DNA from: Ylistrum balloti
Taxonomy: Eukaryota
Length of the DNA stretch: 64,000 nt
Direction: 5' to 3'
NCBI RefSeq assembly: GCF_031769215.1
Contig: NW_026782152.1
Coordinates: forward strand, 806,001-870,000
Positions 1 through 10,284 of the stretch are shown here, in pieces. Both the position numbers and the translations under genes were made by a program. The notes under the pieces were generated by a model. The model was not told where the DNA came from. It did not search any database and worked only from the letters and a program-made list of their open reading frames with translations. Each line of letters opens with the position of its first letter. Position 1 is the stretch's first letter.

Positions 1-22
1 TTTGAAGTATATTCTAATACTG

Positions 23-199
23 GCCCCAGTTTCACGAATCTCCTTAATCCAAGGAAATCTTTGCTACCATAGAAAAAACATTACGTAAGTTAAAAACTCA
101 GATTTAAGGAAATTTCCTTAACTTATAAAATGCTTTCCTCCGGGCAATTTTAAGTTCAGGAAAATTACGTAAGTTAAGCAAGATTTATGAAACTGGAAC
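23..199. mobile_element. Short MITE, PIF/Harbinger-like
   Basis: Imperfect 16-bp terminal inverted repeats (gccccagtttcacgaa vs revcomp of 184-199 gttccagtttcataaa) flanked on both sides by CTG (20-22, 200-202); CWG target duplication is known for animal Harbinger elements. Confidence 0.55.
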
Positions 200-1815
200 C
201 TGGACAAGAAATTATATTAATATGTACGGTCAAAGTTAGTGAGAAGCGTTTAGAAAGTCCTGTATCAAAACCGGCATTCTTTCAACACGAAAGTTTTCGT
301 ATTAAGTGAAATTGGTGAGGTAAACTAGGACACGAAAAGTACCATATACGTCAAAACGTCTTTTTCAATACCGAAGATAACACTACAGTGACCTTTCATG
401 GATTTTTTTATGTACGTGGAAACATTCGTTCGAGGTTATTTTCGCTCTTCCAAGAGAATGTTAGAAATTCGCCTAGTATCAAACTCGCCCTTATACCATA
501 GGAACAAATATTTCAGCTTTAGCAAAAGGTTGAAATGGGTGAAAGTTAGCCATAGGTAGAAGTAGTCTGTGTTTAAAGTACATTAACTGATTTATCACAT
601 TCTACAAAGAATGAATTATTACAAGGCTAAGATATACCATACATTATGCATAATTATCTTTGGAATGTCTTGACGTCAGAGTTCTAGTGATGTCATTCCC
701 AATATTTCAGATTATCTTCGTCTTTTAAATTTCGTTTCTAACACGAAATTCCCTTTGCTGTGTATCATCTCATACTTAAGTTACACATGCACTATGACGT
801 TAAATGTCCTAAAAAAGACTTTAATTTGTGTTGCGGAAAAATTCTTTTCACACTGATAAAATTGCACATTACGGTTTTTACTCGGGAACAGTTAAAAGAT
901 TTCTAATCAGAAATGTTGCTTGAATTTTTAAATGTTGATCATGGCCCCATTTTGTTCCACTTAGAGAAGTTATATTAGGGCTGGGTTTATTACGTTAACT
1001 GAAAAAAAATCAGACATCAAAAGCGAGTTGTGCTCTAATTAAACCAAGACCCTGATAGTTCTATAAATATATACACACAAACACCTGGTCATCATAACCT
1101 TCAAATAAGCATTTAAAATCTGAAACATTTAATCGACAATTTCGTTACAGGTAAATAACATACAATTTACTCTTCACACTCCTTCGTAAACACGAAAACA
1201 TGCGAGCCTGTTATTAACTTTACAATGCAGCCGTCGATATCATTTATTGGTTTATGGGTATTTTATATACTGACATATTCTTCATGTATATATTAATGAC
1301 ATGAAGGTCATAAAGGTCAGTCAGCTGATCAGAATGTTTGGTTTTCAAAGATGTTTTTTTTCTTTAAACGTAACAATTAAAAGTTACTTTACCTTCTTAC
1401 ATGAGGTATTTTTGTTACTTTAAAGCAAAATCTCCCGGGTATTTAAAAGACACATTAAATTTGGTTTTGTCTTTGAATGTGTTTGCTACCAAAGTATAAA
1501 TTACAGACCTCAGTGTATCTTTGATCTACGCTCAATATTTCTTTCATAACATTTTTTCTCTCCAATTAATTTCTGATCACATGTATTCTAAAGAAACACG
1601 TGAGACCAAGATTTAAAATAAGAACAATTCGCATCGACGAACATGTAGTTATCAAATATGAAATTAAAAAAAAAAAGTAAAAAATGAATACACAGTAAGG
1701 CTAGTTGACATAATTGCAACAAAATTTTCGAGTTACGAATAACTTAAATATTCTGCGTATTACCTTAAACCAAATACAATAAAACATACATCGTCTCTTA
1801 TTATTTATCAAGTGG

Positions 1816-2070
1816 ACTTGGAGATAAGAAATCGTTCTTCGTCCGACTGTTCGATGAGCTTTTCCGGGCCACAACTTCAAAACCATTCAACCAACCTACA
1901 ACTTGGAGATAAGAAATCGGGCTTCGTCCGTATGTTCGAGGACCTTTCCCGGGCCACAACTTGAAAACCATTCAACCAACCTACAACTTGGAGATAAGAA
2001 ATCGGGCTTCGTCCGTATGTTCGAGGACCTGTCCCGGACCACAACTTGAAAACCATTCAACCAACCTACA
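1816..2070. repeat. 85-bp tandem repeat, 3 copies
   Basis: Units start at 1816, 1901 and 1986 (acttggagataagaaatcg...aaccattcaaccaacctaca); copies 2 and 3 are nearly identical. Confidence 0.95.
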
Positions 2071-3508
2071 AGTCAAGTATTAAAGCCAGCCCAAAAGTTG
2101 TGGTTTTTGCAAGATTCCAATTCTTCTTTTGTTGGCAAAACTTTATACACATGGCTAATACCACATAAGTGGTTTTTACTCTTGACAATATTTCATTCTT
2201 AATATTTCACTACAATAAAAACAAACATCAGAATTACAAAATTTACTGTTTGTCAGATTTTTTTCTGGGTTACACCTCGGAAACTTTTCTGATTTGTATA
2301 CGTTGAACAATGAAGATCTACATCATTAAATGGTCGATATGATATTTCTACTTGGGTTTCCAAACCAACAATGAGTTTGGCTCGAAGGTTTAATGCTCTG
2401 TTTTGTGGCTCTTTGTTTACAATTCAAGTATCTTCCGTGTTAATTCCTAGGAACGGAAACAGAAACAGGTTTGTTAAGATCAAGGGGAACTTTTTAAGCA
2501 TGTGGTTGCAGATCTTCCACGTACGTCCTGAATGCTGAATTAAGTGACGGCATCGCTGTCTTGTAAGGGATGAAACTTTCTTCAAGTTCAAGTCCAGTGC
2601 GATGCTGAGATGTAAATAGACATGCTGACCAACCTGAACGATTCTCGGTAAGACTTCATCAATATAAATACCAAACGTGTATTTGCACAAGAACAGTATT
2701 TGCTAAGAAAATTAAAGTTCTGGTTTGACGTGTGTCGAACACAGGTGTCAGAAAGGCAAGTGTCAACAACTTAATTGGACTTTGGAATTCGGTCGACAGG
2801 AGCGACATTAACAATAAATGGACCCACACCGTGCAATAGATATTTCTAATGATAGACCTGTACAGATAACATATCCTTGTGATATCTATTAATCTAATAC
2901 AGGCGTAGAAATTACAGGTAATTATCGGTAATTAAGGTACGGGTATGTTTAATTATATCGAATATCACGGAATATAACGAAAGATTTTTTCATCTCAAAA
3001 TATCGCCCGATGTAGATCTTAACTCGGATCAAATTCTTTTCACCATTGTACGTGAATGTGCCTTTTTTTTGGCTATTGATATTAGAACTTGTATGCAATG
3101 TTCTCTATTCTATAAATAACATAAAAAACAAAGTCGTTGGCATCATAGTACTGATATTTGTCAATGTTTCGTCGGAAGGTGCATGGACAGATGAAAACAA
3201 CATAACGACGTTAACAAAATTTTAATTTTAAATCCAAAAGTAGGGATGTCCTTGGAAGCGTACAAGGAGAATGGGACCAGGTGATATTGAAGGGTAAGCG
3301 TCTTCTGATACATCGATGACATTGCAATGTTATTCTTGGTTAAACCAATTTAAGTATTGTAACGTTCTCAAATTAAGAGCAGATTATAAATATACATGAA
3401 TGATGTACTAATTATAAATTGTTAATGTGATGATACTATTTCCTTTCATCATCCAATCATTGGTAGACCTTACTATGTCAAGATTAAATTCCTCTAAATT
3501 TTTGTTTT

Positions 3509-3603
3509 CTGTTGTTTTTTGTTTGTTTTTGTTTTTTGTTTGTTTGTTTGTTTGTTTGTTTTTTGTTTTTGTTTTTGTTTTTGTTTTTTTGCTATTTTTT
3601 TTT
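3509..3603. repeat. (GTTT)n/(GTTTTT)n low-complexity tract
   Basis: Directly visible; it explains the spurious F/V/C-rich ORFs 3427-3718. Confidence 0.9.
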
Positions 3604-4272
3604 CATTAAAAAAATAATAACAAGGAATCTCGGACTATACGAACACCATAGCGCCCGTCAAGTTGTACAAAATGCTAGGTGTAAATGGAAATGTAAAATG
3701 ATTTGGCCTGTTCCATGAGTAGGCCTGCACTGAAAAATGTTTGTTATATACTAAAATTATTTCATTATGTTGTACAGAAGAATGTTTGTGAACACGTCTG
3801 TGAAATATCAGATCTTTCGGAAAAGGAATGCTGGCTGTAGAGTGCTGACATCCAAAATTCATTTTCTATTTATAGTAACGGTGACCTGGTTTTTAACTGC
3901 AGAATGTTGAAATGCGAACTCGCACACAATGTGATAGTTGTGGACACGTGTTTAATATGTCGTGACACTTGAATTAAAGATACAATATATAGAGCAGTGA
4001 CGCCGTTTGGTACACGAACGTACGAACAGATCAGTATATCTTTGAAGATTTTTGTCGCGAGGGTATGAAATTTAAAGAGGCACGGGGGGAAGTGTACATG
4101 TAGAGGAAGTTAGGAATGATCTGTAAATGACTTATTTTGATATTTATATGTAAATAAGATATAAATGCGCCATGATTGGTAATAGTGGTTTGTATAAATT
4201 GACTATTAAAAAGCACTGTGTCATCTCTGGACATTATTTACAAACACATTGCAAGAAAAAAAAAAGCGTCGA

Positions 4273-4544
4273 CAGTGGCGTACCGCCCTATACGCAAAAA
4301 CGCAAGTGCGTACACATAAATTGGTCCGCATATTTAAAATTTGTAATTAAGCTCCAATTTGTATCAAAAATTTAACACGAGAAGGTATTGTATATCTGTC
4401 TCAAAATGCAGAAAAAGCCGTTTTGAAGCATATAGATTTTAAAATTTTCCGGGGGAGCATGCCCCCGGACCCCCTTAGCGTGGTTGCGCCTTCGGCGCTC
4501 CAAGTTTGCGTACCCATATATAATCAGGTCACGGTACGCCGCTG
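4273..4544. mobile_element. MITE with CAGTGGCG-type TIRs (hAT-like non-autonomous element)
   Basis: 13-bp TIRs cagtggcgtaccg (4273) and cggtacgccgctg (to 4544), one mismatch; internal GC-rich ggggagcatgcccccggacccc block. No target duplication seen, so the superfamily is tentative. Confidence 0.6.
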
Positions 4545-4779
4545 GTAGAACTAAAAATATATTCATTTTGCACTCATCAATCTTACCTTCAGTTGACGAA
4601 GACAAGTGCAAAGACGGTACGAGTAATCTCCCTTTATGAATTCAGTGATGTATTCTTTTATTTATGAATACGATCGTGCTCTATAGAAGTAAATGAATTC
4701 ATTAGAAACAAAGAAAACACAGGATAGTGAAAAATGTGTGTTTTAATGGCTTATATAGTTTGTATTTTAATATAGGTTT

Positions 4780-5070
4780 GAATTTTTGAAAACATAAACA
4801 ATTTATCAACAATAGAAGTTCCTTGTACACTTGTGTAAGTTTCTGAAAGAATGTTAGTACTATAGTGAGAAATTTAAATTCATATTTATTTTCAGACCAA
4901 ATTTGATTAAAATCCGCACACTCGTTCATGACTAGTTGTAGTTTTTTAGGAAAAATTGATAGACGACGGACGACGGACGCCGAACGCCGGACGCCGGACG
5001 AGGGATGACGGACGCCGGACGCAGCGGTATCCCTATATCTTACTTGGCCCTTCAGGCCAGGTGACATCAA
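4780..5070 (+). mobile_element. Helentron-associated non-autonomous element (HINE/DINE-like)
   Basis: accaaatttgattaaaatcc core-type sequence, (GGACGCC/GGACGAC)n microsatellite 4965-5025, terminal hairpin cttggcc-cttca-ggccagg (5043-5061) then T/A run. The left boundary is approximate. Confidence 0.65.
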
Positions 5071-5577
5071 ATGGTGAAAACATTATTTATCAGATTCAGT
5101 GTACTCCAGTGCCGTATATGGAGTTTACCATCTCAGCATCACATGGGAATGAGAGGAGATATGATAGACGTCAAAGGAATTAGTCACAGAGACAAGCATT
5201 GAGGAGTCAGTCAACGAAAATACTTCTAAAACAATCTCAAATCAGTTTCCTTATAAGCCAACATGAATATACTGGTCTCAGCACCGACCTGATGCTCTCG
5301 TATATAATGCCAATTATGAATTCCAACGTCAGAATATCTATTTCTTGATTTATCGTTTTAACTTAGTAAAATCAATTTGTAGGAGTTATTTCCCTTCACT
5401 AATAGGAGGTTTACCGAATCTTTCTCCAATTCCGTTTTTAACCATACATTTGAATTAATACCAAAGTTAGGAAAGAGATCTTCTTGGCCTTTTGTTTCAT
5501 AAAAAGGATAATTCTTATGAACACAAATAACAAATAAAAAAAAACAGCGGTTGTAAAGAAAGCAATTCAAGTTTATT

Positions 5578-5580
<3 letters not shown>

Positions 5581-5639
<59 letters not shown>

Positions 5640-5657
5640 TTCTTCTTCTTCTTCTTT
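5581..5657. repeat. Compound microsatellite (TCA)~19(TCT)~6
   Basis: Directly visible; lies between the stop codon (5677) and an AATAAA on the minus strand (5572-5577) of the coiled-coil gene. Confidence 0.97.
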
Positions 5658-5676
5658 TTGTCTTAACCCTCGCCGT

Positions 5677-6468
5677 CTAAATTTCTAATTTAAATGACGA
5701 TGGTAAAGGTGTGCTGACGCTTCTGCTTCTTTTAATTGCTTCGATCTTTCTCTCTTTCTTTTCCCATTTCTCCCTCATTCCTTCAATTCGTTTTTCTCTG
5801 TTCTTTCGAGCACGCTCTAATTTCTCTTCTGTTGATATCCTCTGTGGTTTCTCTGTACTTGGAATTCTAGCCAATTTCTTACAGATTTTCTCCCGTCTTT
5901 CTTCTGCCTTCAATTCTCTGTAGATCCGTGCCCTTTCCAGTTTTTCATCCACCTTCACCTTTTCAATTTTGTCGTTCTCATGTGATAGTTTTTTCATCAT
6001 CTTTGCTTCCAGTCGCTTCCGTTTTTCTGCTTGTCTTTCCTCTCTTTTGACTGCCGCCAATTCTCGTCGGTGATCAGACAGTCGAGCCATTTTTCCTTTC
6101 CGTCGTAGTTCTTCGCCCCTCAAAACATCTGCGTCTGCTTCTCGTGTTTTGGAAGGCAGTTTAACAACACTTCTGGTGGTAAGGGGAGGTAACTTTCGAG
6201 GAGGCAAGGAGACTGATTTTATCTTATTTTGTGTGTATTGTGGAACTCCAGGTAGTTGATTATAGGCGTCATTTGAGGTTGACTTGTCTGGAATTTCCTC
6301 ATTTATTTCTACAGTGAATGACACGCCTCCTGATCCCTTATTAGGAATGATCCCCTCCTCTCTCAGCTGCATAAGCACAGTCTGCTCTGTCTTCCGTGAC
6401 AAACCTAACATGGGTGTGCCCTCACTGACTGGAACTCCAACAGGATTCCTAATATGAATGGTTTGAAC
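5677..6468 (-). CDS. Exon 2 of N-acylated coiled-coil protein, stathmin-domain (STMND1)/CCDC198-like
   Basis: Acceptor ctacag|GTT at 6468 is in frame with the 244-aa ORF and adds VQTIHIRNPVGVPVSEGTP. Contains GGVSFTV, PPRKLPPL and repeated EKLERAR..RE K/E/R-rich helices. The family call comes from motif recall, not a search. Confidence 0.8.
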   Translation of the reverse strand, partial: VQTIHIRNPVGVPVSEGTPMLGLSRKTEQTVLMQLREEGIIPNKGSGGVSFTVEINEEIPDKSTSNDAYNQLPGVPQYTQNKIKSVSLPPRKLPPLTTRSVVKLPSKTREADADVLRGEELRRKGKMARLSDHRRELAAVKREERQAEKRKRLEAKMMKKLSHENDKIEKVKVDEKLERARIYRELKAEERREKICKKLARIPSTEKPQRISTEEKLERARKNREKRIEGMREKWEKKERKIEAIKRSRSVSTPLPSSFKLEI

Positions 6469-6872
6469 CTGTAGTGGGAATGAAAGTCTGGAATAATGTG
6501 ACTGGACTTTTATAAATGATTTGATAAGTACGTAATACTTTCTTACATAGTTAAAATGAAAGAGGAATTCTATAAAAAATCAATGAAACCGACGTATTCG
6601 GTCTATTGAGGTTACATTATATAGAAGATAATGACATATATATAAATGTACTTCAGATATTTGACAAAGTATACTGTTGAAATTTTGGCGTCGTGGAAAT
6701 GGAATACACAAATTGGATAAAGTCCAGATATGAAATGGATTCCTATTGTTTTGTCGAAACGTTTAACATATTTTGACTACATCGCTTCAGAGCGTCTCCA
6801 TAATACCTTGTCTGCTAGAGCTTCCTGTCTGACAAAATTACAACTGTTGTGAGCATTTTGTTTTCTAATTAC

Positions 6873-6968
6873 CTTGTTACGTTTGTGATCCCTTCCAAAC
6901 AGCGCCCTCAATCGGCCTCTCTTTGGTTTTTCTTCAAACTCGATCGTCCTTGTGTATGTGCATCCCAT
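6873..6968 (-). CDS. Exon 1 of the same gene (MGCTYTRTIEFEEKPKRGRLRALFGRDHKRNK)
   Basis: ATG at 6968, 96 nt, phase-0 donor AAG|GTAATT matching the phase-0 acceptor at 6468; total 295 aa. Confidence 0.8.
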
Positions 6969-7031
6969 GATTTGCGGAGAAATGTACAAAGCTGCTTTTG
7001 CGAAATGCTTTAAGCATACATAGAAACAAGG

Positions 7032-7125
7032 TATTATGACGTCATAATATTAAAGAACATTTGACGTCATAATGTCGCGGAACTTCCGCTGGACCGCATT
7101 GACTGCTGTTAGATCAACGATTGGC
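7032..7125 (-). promoter_or_regulatory. Proximal promoter: two full CRE sites, an ETS site and a CCAAT box
   Basis: Perfect 18-bp palindrome tattatgacgtcataata (7032-7049), second TGACGTCA (7062-7069), GCGGAAGT on the minus strand (7082-7089) and ATTGG near 7120; all 60-160 bp upstream of ATG 6968. Confidence 0.6.
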
Positions 7126-7414
7126 TATAGTGTTGAGAACTAATGTTTCAAAACTGAATTAAGTATTGTATCAGTCAATGAAAAATTAACCATAACAATA
7201 ACACTGAGCATTACTGCGTTTTGCAGCCAATTATATATTTGCTAGCAAAGCTCTGTCATTCAGAAACACCATAAATGCCATAGCATAACAGTTCAGCGTT
7301 TATATTTATATTCTCTAGACAAATTGCTGGGGTTTTTTTTACATTTTCTTTAGGTTGATAATGTCAATAGAATAGAGGTTCTTGTTTAACACTTGGTCAT
7401 TTAAAGAAATTTTA

Positions 7415-7945
7415 GGAGAATGTGTATACGAAATCGGATGCAAAAACTGCGACGCATCATATAACGGAGAAACAGGCAGGAGATTCGGGGTTCGACTCAA
7501 TGAACATCAGAAAGACGCGGAATACCAAGATCAATAAATCTTCACTTACAGATTATTCCACATGGCAAAATCATATCGTTGACTGGGAAAATTAAAACAA
7601 AATAGTCGACAGGGAAAACAACCTTTTTCAGACGGTTGGTTAAGGAAGCCATCTGGATACGCCGCAGCGGGCCAGTACTTAATAGGGACAATTGGGGCCA
7701 AAGACTATCGCACATTTAGACCAAGTGTTAAACATAGTGTTGCCGAATTGACTACAGTACATGGTTACCATGTAGTGCATATTTTGGTCTTTAATCTGTT
7801 TACCATCTCGTCACACTATTTTCGACCTTAGTGTACATAGGAATATCCGTACCATCTCGTACACACCTTACGTCAGTGCTAGTATGCTCCACGCTGGTCA
7901 TTTGTCTGATGAAAGTGAAAGTGTAGTCATCGAATCTTTACACTC
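7415..7945 (+). mobile_element. Penelope-like retroelement 3' remnant (GIY-YIG endonuclease plus tail)
   Basis: Translates with stops and frameshifts as CVYEIGCKNCDASYNGETGRRFGVRLNEHQKD...NHIVDWE..KIVDRENN..RRLVKEAIWIRRSGPVLNRD, the typical PLE GIY-YIG C-terminus; decayed CTGATGA...GAA motif at 7906-7935. Confidence 0.88.
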
Positions 7946-8514
7946 AAATCTTTTACTAATTATGTTGTAAGAACTATTCTATATTGCTGTTTTATACCAA
8001 TCATAACTTGATTTCAATCAAACTAACAATCAATATCGAAAGTGTACTTCGTCATACGGTTCATCCATTTTAACGGCAAACCATTCCCGTTTTTATCCCC
8101 ACAAAACTGATGTCATAATGGTCGCACGCTCGCGATGTCATTGGTAGTACCTTAAATTTATTTCAATTGATATCAAAATATTCTCATGGTGACCTAAACT
8201 TTCTGCACACGGTAAAAACTGTTTTCTTCTAAACCGAAACATTTTTTAAGTATACCTTGCATAAACATGTATTCGGTACTCGTAATTATTGCCCGACCGT
8301 CATTTGATCAGTTCTGTAAAATGTAATATTTATCCAACCAGTTTAGGCTGAGAAAGAGCGATAACAAAATTGCATTGTGAAAATCCTCGTTGGTTACCTT
8401 TTCTAATAATTCCCGAAATCAAGTGTACAAAGGGAAACCGTTGAAAACCTAAATACGAAATTTGAAAAAGGTCCATCAGAACTTCATAAGAAAACTGGAT
8501 AAACATTCATAGTT

Positions 8515-8745
8515 AAAATCCAAGATGGCCGCCTGCCATCCATTTCGTTTTCCCGATCAATCCCAAGATTTGCAGTGCATATCAATGCATTAAGTAGTAC
8601 CTACATATGTAATATTAGAATGACCATTCATTACTTCTCCAGACTACACTGTGAAAACCAAAATAGTGGCATGGCAGCAATTTTGTTTTTCGATCAGTCC
8701 TGAAATAACTACGCAAAACCATCGCTTAAGGGATCAGTCCTAAAA
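8515..8745. repeat. HINE-type internal repeat remnant (about 2 units)
   Basis: aaaatccaagatggccgcc...ccattt...ttcccgatca followed by a similar degenerate unit (aaaatagtggcatggcagcaattttg...ttcgatcag). Confidence 0.45.
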
Positions 8746-8764
8746 TAACCACGCAAAAAACCGT

Positions 8765-8999
8765 TCTCATGCTCAAGCACGAATTTTGTGCTCAAGCCTT
8801 ATGTCTTGTTTAAGTTAAAAATTAATATATAAGACTGATTTTGCCAAAGATTTAAAAAAAGGACTCCAGGTCAAAGTTATATTCAACGTTTATAATTGAC
8901 ATTTGTATTATTTTATATGATTTATGCGAATTATAAAAAAAATTTGCTTGAGCACAAAATCTATGCTTGAGCTTGAACATGATTTCATGAATACGGGCC
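8765..8999. mobile_element. Truncated MITE related to the one at 23-199
   Basis: Inverted subterminal blocks (gctcaagcacgaattttgtgctcaagc / gcttgagcacaaaatctatgcttgagc) and right end ttcatgaatacgggcc followed by CAG; left TIR missing. Confidence 0.45.
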
Positions 9000-9457
9000 C
9001 AGGTTAAAATCATGACGGTAAGAAATCCTTTCTCAAATAATCAGAAAGTCGTCTCCATATGGTGTCGTTATACAAATGCGCAGTGGCAATTAATCAACTG
9101 CCAGGACATCTTTACAGGAACGACTAGAAAAAGAATGTCCTAAAAAGACACACAGGTGAATGTCACCTGTAGTTATGAATATAAGTATAGATATACGGTA
9201 AAACAACCCTATTGATGAAAAAAAACTAATTCAGATGTAGGTGTTTCCATACATATATCATTTATTTCAATTTAGGCGTATTTCTTTTAGACGATCCCTC
9301 TTGATTGAGATGTCCGTAACCTGTACATGGTTTGCTTTTAAAAGCTTTAGATTAAGGAAACGGAATTCAAAATATGTCATGTGAGAAATTAAGGCAGAGA
9401 CTGGTAGCAAAGGTCTGCGTAAGAGTCGTGAACGTTTATCCATGCCGAGTGCAGCTG

Positions 9458-9580
9458 TCATTTAGAATTAGAACTCTTCTTTTTTATTCGTCTCACCGAT
9501 GACTTCAAGCGAGAAACATCCTTTCGAATTGAAGTTAATGATTGTTCGAGCTCAGTCATCGACATCTCTATGTTCTCAAT
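9458..9580 (-). CDS. Orphan coiled-coil exon B, paralogous to exon 21083-21214
   Basis: Acceptor ttttcatttacag|ATT; IENIEMSMTELEQSLTSIRKDVSRLKSSVRRIKKKSSNSK-stop, compared with IENIQRRLIALEEAVTDMEGEIIQITDDLKS in the Ig gene. An internal phase-0 donor TCG|GTGAGA sits at 9497/9496. Confidence 0.65.
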   Translation of the reverse strand: MENIEMSMTELEQSLTSIRKDVSRLKSSVRRIKKKSSNSK

Positions 9581-9819
9581 CTGTAAATGAAAAAAAGTTT
9601 AATATTATTATTACAATAATGTCAGTTATTCTTATGTTTACATAGCAATCGGATACTGAACATCTTTACTGGTAAAACAATAACAATATATCGGAGCTTA
9701 ACACATGCATGGGACGGCTTCCTATTCGTAAAGATAGAGGCCTTGGCATTGTGACGTCAGAGATCAGGTGATAGTGTCCTCAGAGATGAGAAAGTGGAGT
9801 TTGGGGAAAGTTTTATATT

Positions 9820-10000
9820 GTTTAACGTCTTATCAACATCTAAGATCATAAAGAATTGGTCTTCCCATGTATGCGAAATGAGTACATGTGTTTTGTATGT
9901 GTGTTTGTGGGAGGCTGCGATATATGTGTAAACCTTTTTTATGATAGTGCGAAACTGACTCCGACTTTATAGTGCTATCACACTGAAGTACACTGTCGAT
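9820..10000 (-). mobile_element. tRNA-derived SINE copy (partial)
   Basis: Central motif cttcagtgtgatagcactataaagtcgg (revcomp of 9961-9988) and gacgttaaa-type tail shared with other copies in the window. Confidence 0.6.
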
Positions 10001-10200
10001 GGGACCCTGAAAATTTCATACGGTTACATTATACTGGCGATGGACAAACACGTTTCACAATATAGCTGATATGTCCTGGCTGTTTTGAGAACGTAAAACC
10101 TCAAACATACTTATGTCCTTGCATCAGTAATACGTAACTATATGAACACGACGTTTTATCTGTAGGGTTATCCAAGGACTTAGGAAGTGGACATGTTTAC

Positions 10201-10284
10201 CTGGGTTTTCCTTGGTTCCACCTGGGACTCTAATGCGTCCAATCCAGACTTGACTTCTCCGTACTTCGTCCATATATCATTGAT
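10201..10284 (-). CDS. Orphan coiled-coil exon A, paralogous to exon 21941-22024
   Basis: 84 nt, AG before 10284, donor CAG|GTAAAC at 10201, phase 0-0. INDIWTKYGEVKSGLDALESQVEPRKTQ vs LDLLWSKYGDVRSQLAVLESERSAERDK (same length and phase). The true 5' boundary could extend to about 10379. Confidence 0.7.

Noticed and set aside
3427-3718. Hydrophobic ORFs here and at 63324-63760
   Set aside because: Translations of microsatellite or low-complexity DNA.
5711-5923. Plus-strand hydrophobic ORF
   Set aside because: Antisense shadow of the K/E/R-rich exon; the same applies to 25609-25866, 15445-15976 (+), 32395-32700 and 18876-19184.
7485-7500. tRNA T-loop-like ggttcgactc
   Set aside because: Lies within the PLE coding remnant (GVRLN); no cloverleaf.
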